DNA from: a virus
Taxonomy: Duplodnaviria > Caudoviricetes
Length of the DNA stretch: 60,090 nucleotides
Direction: 5' to 3' (one strand)
Virus record (IMG/VR): IMGVR_UViG_3300042486_000250
Coordinates: 1 to 60,090 of that record
The translations under genes and the position numbers were made by a program. A model generated the notes under the pieces. It saw nothing but the letters and a program-made list of their open reading frames with translations, was not told the origin of the DNA and ran no database searches. Below are positions 19,587-28,095 of the stretch, piece after piece (positions within the stretch are counted from its first letter, which is position 1; each line of letters begins with the position of its first letter).

Positions 19587-20013
19587 TAGAAGCGGTAAGT
19601 TGCCAGCGCCACTTCTTATGCATGTCATCACGACTTGCCAGGAAGTCCATAATGCCTTGCTCGCCTGCTTTTTCGGCAGACTTAAAAGCCTTGTTGATTG
19701 TTTCAATGACACCGTCATTAACTTTCAGCAAGGCTTTTGCCATTGCCTTAGGCTCAGGCTTAACCTCTACTGACTCAACGGTGCGGAGGTCAGTAAACTT
19801 GCTGAGGGTAAATGGCGCATACTCATCCAACTTGCGAAGGTTTTCCGCAATAGGGTCAATACTGCTATAGACATCTTCGTAGATATCCGCAAAAAGGTCA
19901 TGGTACTGAGAGAAGTCTTGTCCTTCAACATTCCAGTGATAACCGTGTGCCACGAAGTACATCGTGACAGCGTCAGCCATCAGTGTCTTAAGGTCATTAG
20001 TTAATGCGCTCAC
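19579..20013 (-). CDS. dps: Dps / ferritin-like DNA-protection protein
   Basis: HGYHWNVEG..F..YHDLF..IYE...D.IAE motif; KWRWQL end; GTG start overlapping the upstream TGA with GGAG RBS. Confidence 0.92.
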   Translation of the reverse strand: MSALTNDLKTLMADAVTMYFVAHGYHWNVEGQDFSQYHDLFADIYEDVYSSIDPIAENLRKLDEYAPFTLSKFTDLRTVESVEVKPEPKAMAKALLKVNDGVIETINKAFKSAEKAGEQGIMDFLASRDDMHKKWRWQLTASTK

Positions 20014-20276
20014 CACTTCTCCTTGTTTGCCCAATAGGCAGCACTCATCTTGCCCTTAGCAATATTCTTTGCATGACGAGCCTTGAAAGATTCATTGCGT
20101 GCAGAACCATCGGGCGAACCAGACACACCTTGTTGACCAAAACGAATGGTCTTAATCTGGTCGCCTTCTTTGGCAACAACAATATGAGACTTAGTTGGGT
20201 GGTCTGGTGTTGCCTTTGGCTTATTGAAACCAGAGACGCCAGCACGCTCTAAACGGGGGTCTTTCTTACTAGCCAT
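20010..20276 (-). CDS. small basic phage protein
   Basis: KSHIVVAK..KTIRFGQQG..SFKARH..SAAYWA, a motif familiar from aquatic phages; function unknown. Confidence 0.7.
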   Translation of the reverse strand: MASKKDPRLERAGVSGFNKPKATPDHPTKSHIVVAKEGDQIKTIRFGQQGVSGSPDGSARNESFKARHAKNIAKGKMSAAYWANKEKW

Positions 20277-20539
20277 TATTTCTTTCCTCGGTTACGACCA
20301 CGGTTAGTGGATGGGGATTCAGCAACAATTTTACCGTCTTTGGTGTGGGACATATCTTTGCCACCCTTGCCATAGACACCACGGTCTCTGCGTTCTTGGA
20401 CAAGTTCAGCACGCTTTTCTTTCTGCTCTGGCTTCTTGTTGAACTCTTTATCGTAAGCGCCCTTCTTAGCCTTTGCTTCAGGATTATCGTTGTAATACTG
20501 AGCAGACTTTTTAGGTGCACTTGACTTGGACGGAGCCAT
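20276..20539 (-). CDS. small basic protein, degenerate HNH-like
   Basis: KDMSHTKDG...STNRGRN. Confidence 0.5.
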   Translation of the reverse strand: MAPSKSSAPKKSAQYYNDNPEAKAKKGAYDKEFNKKPEQKEKRAELVQERRDRGVYGKGGKDMSHTKDGKIVAESPSTNRGRNRGKK

Positions 20540-20706
20540 TACTTCTTACCCTTTTTGGACACAGCCATGTTGTCCACAAGATTTGGATAAGGGCGACCTG
20601 CTTTTTTAGCACGAGCCTTTGCATCTGACTTCTGTTCAGGAGTCAACTTCTTGTCTTTTTTGGAAGGGTCTGGTGTATCCCAAACTTCTTTTTTCTTTGT
20701 AGCCAT
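20539..20706 (-). CDS. small basic protein (55 aa, not in ORF track)
   Basis: MATKKKEVWDTPDP...AKKAGRPYPNLVDNM; TAATG coupling; TAAAAT 6 nt upstream. Confidence 0.65.
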   Translation of the reverse strand: MATKKKEVWDTPDPSKKDKKLTPEQKSDAKARAKKAGRPYPNLVDNMAVSKKGKK

Positions 20707-20853
20707 AGCACCATTTTACCCTATAAACGACTAAGGACTGGGACACAGTTAAGCGCCCCAGCCCTTCGTCTGAGCAACCAACACAGGGTATGTCCAAGTG
20801 TTGGAAAAAGAGTGTATCATCACTACCCCGTAGCAACCAACAAGGAGTACGAG

Positions 20854-21336
20854 ATGAGTACAAAATTTGGAGGACCCTTCTTAGCCTTTCCACGCTGGGT
20901 TTTGCCGTATCTCAATGGGGACTCTGTAGCCAAGTCAGTCCTACTGGAATTGCTGGTTTACATGAAGCCAGATACCCAGACCACTACGACTTCCTACAAG
21001 TACATCGCAGAGCAGGTGGGTGTTGACCGCCGAACGGTTATCCGTGCCGTTAAGCGACTTGAGTCTGCTGGAGTATTGATCCGCCAGCATCGTGGAACCA
21101 AGGGACACAACCTGTCCAACGCATTTATCATCAACTTTAATAACCCAGAGGTAGTGTCAGCCGTGACACTAGGTAGTGACACCAGTGACACCACTAGTGG
21201 TGACTCCCGTGACACTACCCCTAGTGTCACCAGTGACACCCAAATAAGAACTAATAACAAGAGTAAAAATAAGAGTACCCATAACAAGAGACCAAAATCG
21301 GACTATGACGATCTGGAGGCAAGCCATGTCGGATGA
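20854..21336 (+). CDS. winged-HTH replication initiator (lambda O-like organisation)
   Basis: SYKYIAEQVGVDRRTVIRAVKRLESAG HTH; internal iterons; AAGGAG RBS; upstream of DnaC-like gene. Confidence 0.75.
   Translation: MSTKFGGPFLAFPRWVLPYLNGDSVAKSVLLELLVYMKPDTQTTTTSYKYIAEQVGVDRRTVIRAVKRLESAGVLIRQHRGTKGHNLSNAFIINFNNPEVVSAVTLGSDTSDTTSGDSRDTTPSVTSDTQIRTNNKSKNKSTHNKRPKSDYDDLEASHVG
21151..21300. repeat. probable replication origin: GTGACAC iterons followed by an A-rich tract
   Basis: About 8 direct and inverted (GT)GACAC units in 21151-21240, then A-rich AATAA(C)AAGAG repeats. Confidence 0.7.
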
Positions 21337-21733
21337 TTGGGGCAAGTCCTGGGGAGAAGACCCAGACGACAAGAAGGCACCAGCCAAGAAGAAGTCCGCT
21401 CGGAAAGACACTCTCATGGGATTGGTCATTCACTTCTCGGAATTACTTCCAAAAGACGCTTGGGGTAAACTTAATTCACCAGTGAATGCCAAAGCCATGA
21501 TTGTCGGTTTGAAGAAACTCCAAGGTGCTGGGTTTACCCCAGATCAAATCCGTGGGATGATGACAACTTTTGTTTTAGAAATGCAACGCAAACCACTTGC
21601 CGTAGGTATTGCTCCATGGCGTGCCTTCTTGGCTAACCTTGACTCCCTCGCCTCACAGGCAACAGCAACCAGCAATCAGGAGCCCGATAGTTATGATGAC
21701 CTTCAGACTGACAACCGACTTGGAGGCAACTAG
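21326..21733 (+). CDS. hypothetical replication-module protein
   Basis: 135 aa, GGAGG RBS, between initiator and loader. Confidence 0.6.
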   Translation: MSDDWGKSWGEDPDDKKAPAKKKSARKDTLMGLVIHFSELLPKDAWGKLNSPVNAKAMIVGLKKLQGAGFTPDQIRGMMTTFVLEMQRKPLAVGIAPWRAFLANLDSLASQATATSNQEPDSYDDLQTDNRLGGN

Positions 21734-22386
21734 TGCGTGAACTTCGTAGCCAGAAATACTGGCGTAACCGTCCAGAAGACGAGCGTCTTCGCAACACCCT
21801 GATTCCAAAGCGTTACCGCATGGACACACTTGACACATTCAAGATTTCAGAGAAGGACAGACCTACATGGGATCTCATCTCTAACTGGGTTGAGACGGCT
21901 CCTGAGCAGGTTGAAAAGGGACAAGGGCTCTACATATGCGGAACCACTGGTTCAGGAAAGACACACCTCGCTCAAGCAATCCTGAAGCGTGTGGTTCACA
22001 ACAACAAACTTTGCGGAATGTTCATCACCGCTGACAAGTACATCCAAATGGCTTACAACGAAATCAAGTTTGGCGATGATCTTCCAGAAGGTTATGAAGA
22101 TCCAAACACCATGAAGTATTTGCAAGATGTTCTTGACATCGTGGTCATTGACTCTCTTGGTTCTGAACGACCAACAGATTTTACTAAGCGCACAATCATT
22201 TCTCTTTTAGAAACTCGTTATCACGAAAAGTTAACGACAATTGTTACGAGCACATTGAAGCCACAGATGCTTGAGTCCATGTACAGCGCAAGCGTTGCAT
22301 CAATCGTTACCTCGTCTTGTTACATTGCTCCAATCAAGAGCGGTGACAATCGCATTGGGCAATGGATTGAACACAATGCAGGGTAA
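21733..22386 (+). CDS. DnaC/IstB-like helicase loader ATPase
   Basis: GTTGSGKTHLA Walker A; VVIDSLGSE; TIVTS. Confidence 0.85.
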   Translation: MRELRSQKYWRNRPEDERLRNTLIPKRYRMDTLDTFKISEKDRPTWDLISNWVETAPEQVEKGQGLYICGTTGSGKTHLAQAILKRVVHNNKLCGMFITADKYIQMAYNEIKFGDDLPEGYEDPNTMKYLQDVLDIVVIDSLGSERPTDFTKRTIISLLETRYHEKLTTIVTSTLKPQMLESMYSASVASIVTSSCYIAPIKSGDNRIGQWIEHNAG

Positions 22387-22816
22387 TGACATCACCAGTT
22401 ATGCACCCACAGGTCAAGGCGTAATCTTTGATGGGTTTTTAGCATCACCACCAGAAGGTGCTAAAGCAATGCTGGAAACAATTCAAAGACGCCGTAATAA
22501 TTGGGATGCAGTATTGCGTATGTGGGAGCCACACACTCTTCCACTTAAAGCATTATCCGACAGTGTAAATCGTTTAGGTATCGGAACAGATATTTACACA
22601 TTCATCCATCCCGATGCGGTTGATGCTATTGATAGTTGGTTAGTACGCAAAGGAATTAATTGCCCTGTGTATTACTACGAATCTCCAGAATTGTTGGAAT
22701 ACGACTTGCGATTCAGTCGTGCTGTCCGTATCATCTACACCTCCAACGAACATGTTGCTCAAGTACTAGGTCCACGGGCTACGGTAGTGAGCACGGAAAA
22801 GGCATGGGCCCCGTAA
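22376..22816 (+). CDS. hypothetical protein, possibly degenerate HAD fold
   Basis: VIFDGFLA near N-terminus. Confidence 0.4.
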   Translation: MQGNDITSYAPTGQGVIFDGFLASPPEGAKAMLETIQRRRNNWDAVLRMWEPHTLPLKALSDSVNRLGIGTDIYTFIHPDAVDAIDSWLVRKGINCPVYYYESPELLEYDLRFSRAVRIIYTSNEHVAQVLGPRATVVSTEKAWAP

Positions 22817-24078
22817 TGGCTAGTAGCGAACATCTGCTCATTAGCAAAATCATTCAGACAGGCAGTGTTGCAGAATCAATTGATGCTGGCATTCGTCCAG
22901 ATCACTTTAATTCCGAACTCTCTACTGTGTACATGTGGCTTCTCGGCTACTGGCGTGAGTACAGTGTTGTACCAACACCACGAGTAGTCAAGCAACAGTT
23001 TGCTGATTTGCAATTACTCAACGCAGAAGCAGAACCATTTGCTCGCTTAGTTGATGAACTGTTCTTGGCGTACAAGCACAAGCATTTGGTACTTGCAGTC
23101 ACTGCGGCTACACCATCTCTCAATGAGCACGACACAGACGAAGCGGCAAAGATTCTTTCAGAGGGATTGCAAAAAGCGTCTCTTGAAGTTGCACACCTTC
23201 GTGATGTTGACATTATTCAAAACTGGGAGCAACGCATTGATCGCTACAAAGAGATGCGTGAAACGCCTAACTCTCTGCGTGGTATTCCAACAGGTTTTGC
23301 AGGTCTTGACAGAATCACCGCAGGGTTCCGACCCCAACAGTTGATTACCTTTGTAGGTGAGGCAAAGAAAGGTAAGTCCTTGATGACACTCATCATGGCT
23401 AACACTGCTCACCAGCATGGAATCACTCCACTGTTTGTTTCGTTTGAAATGAGTATTGAAGAACAAGAAGCACGCTATGACGCCATCGTCTCTGGTGTAT
23501 CTCACACACGCATCATGCGTGGAGATTTAAGCATGGGTGAACTTGAAAAGATTGAAAAGACCATCAAGGTTCGTAAGAACATGCACCCATTCATCTTCAC
23601 AGAGGACACCGCATCATTGACAACCATTAGCGCACTTGCTGGAAAGATTCAGCAGTACCGACCTGGTCTTGTTGTCGTTGACGGTGTATACATGATGGAT
23701 GATGAGAATGGTGAGCCAAAGAACAGCCCACAAGCGTTGACGAATATCACCAGAGGTCTTAAGCGTCTTGCACAGAGGTTTGATGTCCCCATTCTTGGAA
23801 CTACACAGGTGCTGTCTTCTAAGTTGAACAACAAGAAGTCACGACAGATTTCAGCAGACTCCATTGGTTACTCATCATCTTTTGCACAAGACTCTGACCT
23901 AGTGCTTGGTGTTGAATCAGACCCAGACATTGACAACCAGTCAATCATCCGAGTGGTGATTGCACGAGCCGCACCTAAGGGTGAAGTGCGAATCAAGTGG
24001 GACTGGGAAAACATGGACTTCACTGAAGTGGGAGAAGACGGAGAGGAGACAAGCGATAATGATGGCTGGTACTACTGA
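22816..24078 (+). CDS. dnaB: replicative DNA helicase
   Basis: GIPTGF..LD, GEAKKGKS, SFEMS, VVVDGVY, FAQDSD. Confidence 0.92.
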   Translation: MASSEHLLISKIIQTGSVAESIDAGIRPDHFNSELSTVYMWLLGYWREYSVVPTPRVVKQQFADLQLLNAEAEPFARLVDELFLAYKHKHLVLAVTAATPSLNEHDTDEAAKILSEGLQKASLEVAHLRDVDIIQNWEQRIDRYKEMRETPNSLRGIPTGFAGLDRITAGFRPQQLITFVGEAKKGKSLMTLIMANTAHQHGITPLFVSFEMSIEEQEARYDAIVSGVSHTRIMRGDLSMGELEKIEKTIKVRKNMHPFIFTEDTASLTTISALAGKIQQYRPGLVVVDGVYMMDDENGEPKNSPQALTNITRGLKRLAQRFDVPILGTTQVLSSKLNNKKSRQISADSIGYSSSFAQDSDLVLGVESDPDIDNQSIIRVVIARAAPKGEVRIKWDWENMDFTEVGEDGEETSDNDGWYY

Positions 24079-24952
24079 CCTCGGAGATTTCCTGTTGTCC
24101 ATCGGAGTAGATGTACGCAGGTCTGGGCAAGAAATTTCTGCACGATGCCCAGTGCACTTGTCACGCACAGGCAAAGAGGACAACTCTCCCTCGTGGTCTA
24201 TGAACTCAGAGACAGGTCTATGGATCTGTTACTCATGTGGTGCTCGTGGAACACTTCAAGGACTTGTTATGGAACTAACTGGTAAGGAAGACCTTGCCGT
24301 TACTGAAATGATTATGAACAACAATGTTGAGCGCCTTCAGATGCCTGAGTGGGAACGGCGCCCAGAGGTTGATCATCAGATGTACTTGCACTATGAGGAG
24401 GTTCCACAAAAGCGTCTTGCTAGTCGTGGCATTACTTCAGAAGCGGCTCGTGCTTACGGAATCCGTTGGAATGCAGACAAGCGTTCCTGGATTATCCCTA
24501 TCGTCTCTTCGGAAGGAGAACTTCTTGGCTGGCAAGAAAAAGGAACCGACTATGTGTACAACCACCCCACTGGGGTTAAGAAAGGTGACACCTTGTTCGG
24601 TATTGAACGATTCAAGTCACAGACAGCCATACTCGTGGAGTCACCTCTTGATGTTGTGCGGTTTGCATCCTCGTTTGACGGAATGCAGTGTCTTGGAACC
24701 TTTGGAGCCCAAATAACTAAGAAGCAATTACAACTTGTGTATAGCGTGGCTGACAAAGTCATCGTGGCTATGGACAACGATGAAGCAGGTATTGCTAGTG
24801 CAAAAAAGATATTCAAAGACATGCCACTCCTAAAGGGTGGCGTATACTGGCTCAAGTATTCACACACAGGTGCAAAGGACATTGGAGAAATGTCTGACAC
24901 AGAAATTGAAAAAGCAATTACTGGTGCATCAGTTATTCCTTGGTGGCTTTAA
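24062..24952 (+). CDS. DNA primase (zinc finger plus TOPRIM)
   Basis: CPVH...CYSC zinc finger; LVESPLD; MDNDEAG; KDIGE. Confidence 0.9.
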   Translation: MAGTTDLGDFLLSIGVDVRRSGQEISARCPVHLSRTGKEDNSPSWSMNSETGLWICYSCGARGTLQGLVMELTGKEDLAVTEMIMNNNVERLQMPEWERRPEVDHQMYLHYEEVPQKRLASRGITSEAARAYGIRWNADKRSWIIPIVSSEGELLGWQEKGTDYVYNHPTGVKKGDTLFGIERFKSQTAILVESPLDVVRFASSFDGMQCLGTFGAQITKKQLQLVYSVADKVIVAMDNDEAGIASAKKIFKDMPLLKGGVYWLKYSHTGAKDIGEMSDTEIEKAITGASVIPWWL

Positions 24953-26496
24953 TGTTTAAAGGAACTCTTTACCCCTTCCAAGAAGAAGCAAGTCACAAGA
25001 TGTCCGACAAGGGTCAGATGCTCCTTGCCATGGTCATGGGCGCTGGTAAGACAGTGACGACCCTATCTGCTACAGAAGAACTGTTTGATACTAATGAAGT
25101 AGACCGTTGCCTTGTTGTTGTGCCCAGCAGTTTGAAGTACCAGTGGCTTTCTGAGATTAAGAAGTTCACTGACTCCACAGCAATCGTCATTGATGGTTCA
25201 CCAAAGCAGCGTGAAGTTCTTTGGCGCACAGCGTTGCGTTGTAAGTATGTCATCGTTAACCCAGAGACTCTTTTGAACGATCAAAACTATTTAACACATC
25301 TAGGTGCTAATGCCATCGTCATTGATGAGGCAACTATCATTAAGTCACCTCGTGCAAAGCGTTCCAAGATGTTAAAGAAGTTGGGCAAGAAGTTCCAGTA
25401 CCGTTTTGCGTTGACTGGTCAACCTATTGAGAACAGACCAGAAGAATTATTCTCTATTATGGAGTTTGTTGATCCATCAGTACTCGGTCGCTTTGATGTA
25501 TTTGACCGCACCTTCATCGTGCGTAACCACTTCGGTGCACCTGTTCGTTATCGTAATCTTAGTTCTCTTAATGAGTCCCTTGCTGAATCAATGATTCGTA
25601 AGACTCGTGAAGACATCCAAGACCAATTGCCAAAGGTCATCAACCAAGTTGTGCCAGTTCCTTTTGATAGGGCAGGTGCGTCAGCATATGAGAAGATCAG
25701 TAAAGACCTTCAAAACGAAATCAGTAAAGCAATCACCACAAACGGTCGTGGATTTGACCTGTGGTCTCACTATAACGGAGGTGGCGGAAGTGACGCCCAA
25801 GGTCAAATTATGTCTAGGCTTACTGTTCTCCGCATGCTCTGCGATAACCCTTCACTGGTGGTGGAGTCAGCAAAAGCGTATGAAGACCCATCGCAAAATA
25901 GTTCAGGCAGTCAATATGCTTCAACTGTCATCAAAGCAGGATGGCTTCCCACGACCACTAAGACACCCAAACTAGACGCAGTTATTACCTACATTGAGGA
26001 TGTATTAAATGAAGACCCAAATAACAAAGTGGTTCTATTCTCGTTCTTTAAGAAGAACCTACGGCTTATCCAGGAAGCAACTAAAGGACTTACGGACAGC
26101 GTACTCTTCATGGGTGGTATGGATGCGAGCGATAGAGACCGTTCCAAGCAACGGTTCCAGACCGATCCTAATGTTCGGCTCTTTCTATCATCTGATGCGG
26201 GAGGTTATGGCGTGGACTTACCACAAGCCAATTACCTCATCTCTTATGATCTCCCTTGGTCGGCTGGAAAACTGGACCAAAGAGACGCCCGTATTATCCG
26301 ATTATCTTCAACACACCCCCATGTCACAATTACATCGTTCGTAATGAAGGGCTCCATTGAGGAAAGGCAGTATGAAATGCTTCAGCAAAAGCGTGGCATT
26401 AACTCAGCCTTCCTTGACAAGGGGTATGACCAACAGGGTAAGTTTGAATTATCACTTGGAACATTGTCCGATTTTTTAAAGAACACAGAGGTTTAA
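24952..26496 (+). CDS. SNF2-family helicase
   Basis: MGAGKT, IDEA, LTGQPIEN, GGYGVDL, QRDARI. Confidence 0.88.
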   Translation: MFKGTLYPFQEEASHKMSDKGQMLLAMVMGAGKTVTTLSATEELFDTNEVDRCLVVVPSSLKYQWLSEIKKFTDSTAIVIDGSPKQREVLWRTALRCKYVIVNPETLLNDQNYLTHLGANAIVIDEATIIKSPRAKRSKMLKKLGKKFQYRFALTGQPIENRPEELFSIMEFVDPSVLGRFDVFDRTFIVRNHFGAPVRYRNLSSLNESLAESMIRKTREDIQDQLPKVINQVVPVPFDRAGASAYEKISKDLQNEISKAITTNGRGFDLWSHYNGGGGSDAQGQIMSRLTVLRMLCDNPSLVVESAKAYEDPSQNSSGSQYASTVIKAGWLPTTTKTPKLDAVITYIEDVLNEDPNNKVVLFSFFKKNLRLIQEATKGLTDSVLFMGGMDASDRDRSKQRFQTDPNVRLFLSSDAGGYGVDLPQANYLISYDLPWSAGKLDQRDARIIRLSSTHPHVTITSFVMKGSIEERQYEMLQQKRGINSAFLDKGYDQQGKFELSLGTLSDFLKNTEV

Positions 26497-26497
26497 T

Positions 26498-26917
26498 ATG
26501 AGGGTTGTAAAACGGGAACAAGAGCAAGCACAGCCAGATACCGCCTATCTTGAACGGTTGGCTGAAGAGTACAAGCGTTCTAAGGAGACACTTGCTGTCA
26601 TTGAAAAGCGCACTAATGACATGAAGAAAGAACTGTCAGTTGCTGTTGAATCTTTCGGTGATCCAGATGATAAAGGACATCTTTGGTTGACAGTAGGTGA
26701 TTTGGTCCTTAAGCGTGAGAAGCGTGTGTCTCGTTCATTTGATACACAGTCAGCAGAAGTGTGGGCTCGTGAGACGGGTCGCTGGGATGATGTGAAGATG
26801 GTGCTTGAAGTTCTTGATGAAGACAAGATCCTTGGTCTGGCATGGAATGACAAAGAACTTGAAGAGACCATCATGTCTTTTTACATTGAGAAAGAATCTT
26901 GGGCTTTTAAAGCATGA
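26498..26917 (+). CDS. hypothetical protein (Gam/Gp157-like coiled coil)
   Basis: N-terminal coiled coil followed by beta segment; architecture resembles 43961-44329. Confidence 0.4.
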   Translation: MRVVKREQEQAQPDTAYLERLAEEYKRSKETLAVIEKRTNDMKKELSVAVESFGDPDDKGHLWLTVGDLVLKREKRVSRSFDTQSAEVWARETGRWDDVKMVLEVLDEDKILGLAWNDKELEETIMSFYIEKESWAFKA

Positions 26918-27366
26918 GAGATGTTCTTGATTTGTTTGGAGAACTTCCTGATTACCCAGGTAAGACCAAGCCAAAAAACCGTACCGATAGTGGTAATAAA
27001 CAAAAAGACTTTGATGACCCTTTTAAAGGTGTCTCAAAGCGTATTGCCACCATCGGGGGAACACCTCGTGAGTTGTATACCATAGGTTCAGTTGCCAAGA
27101 TACTTGGTCGCTCTGCGGTTACACTTCGTAAATGGGAGAGTAAAGGGTGGATTCCTGCTCCCACATACCGAACCTCAAAAGCAAGTGGTGCGGAGTTGTT
27201 AAACACCGACCGTAAGGGGTATCGTCTCTACTCCCGTGAGCAGGTGGAAGTGTTGTTAGAAGCACTGACACTAAGTAATCTCATGGGGGAGAGAAACCCT
27301 AGTTGGCAAGACGCCAACAATTGGGTATCTTTCATTAATCACACAAAAGCCAATTGGCCCAAGTAA
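26914..27366 (+). CDS. MerR-like HTH DNA-binding protein
   Basis: YTIGSVAKILGRSAVTLRKWESKGWIP...RLYSREQV. Confidence 0.8.
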   Translation: MRDVLDLFGELPDYPGKTKPKNRTDSGNKQKDFDDPFKGVSKRIATIGGTPRELYTIGSVAKILGRSAVTLRKWESKGWIPAPTYRTSKASGAELLNTDRKGYRLYSREQVEVLLEALTLSNLMGERNPSWQDANNWVSFINHTKANWPK

Positions 27367-27378
27367 GGAGCAAACAAC

Positions 27379-28095
27379 ATGGGAAGATGGGATAACGAGT
27401 TTGAGGATGACGAGACAGAGTTCTCTGAACCTTCTAAGTCAACCGCACCAACAGGTCTTACACGCAAGGCACCAAGCCTTGTAGAAGATGACGCACCTGC
27501 ACGCAAAGTCGTTCGTAGTGGTTGGGGAAGCACCGACCGTTCAACACCAACGAGTAGCGATGATTTTGCAAAGCGTCTTAAGGTAACAGAGGACATTCAG
27601 ATCATCAAGTTCATTGAGGACGCACCATACGCTCGCTACCGCCAGCACTGGGTAGAGCGCAAGGGTCAAATGTCTTTTACTTGTATTGCTGACATGGAGT
27701 CTGGCACTTCTTGCCCACTTTGTGAAGCAGGTAATCGTCCGTCATGGCGCTTTAACTTCAATGTCATTCTCTTGACAGCAGGGGAAGAGCCAGTGCTTCG
27801 TTCATACGAAGTTGGTGCACGAGTCATTGACCAGTTGAAAAACTTCAACGACCACCCAGCAATGGGACCTCTTCCTAAGCACTACTGGACAGTATCTCGT
27901 TCAGGTAAGGGAGCAACCACTGCTACCAACCATCAGATGGTTCGTGAGGGCGACCTTGATGAATGGGGTATTGAGGCATTGACTAGTGAAGCACTCAAGC
28001 ATTTCAGTGGCACTGCGTATACCGATGAGATCATCCGTACACCATCTCGTAAGACACTCGCTGAAGTTGCACTTGAGATTCAGACAGACGACTGA
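27379..28095 (+). CDS. single-stranded DNA-binding protein (gp32-like)
   Basis: YRQHW, C..CPLC zinc site, VSRSGKG; acidic termini; adjacent to polymerase. Confidence 0.65.
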   Translation: MGRWDNEFEDDETEFSEPSKSTAPTGLTRKAPSLVEDDAPARKVVRSGWGSTDRSTPTSSDDFAKRLKVTEDIQIIKFIEDAPYARYRQHWVERKGQMSFTCIADMESGTSCPLCEAGNRPSWRFNFNVILLTAGEEPVLRSYEVGARVIDQLKNFNDHPAMGPLPKHYWTVSRSGKGATTATNHQMVREGDLDEWGIEALTSEALKHFSGTAYTDEIIRTPSRKTLAEVALEIQTDD

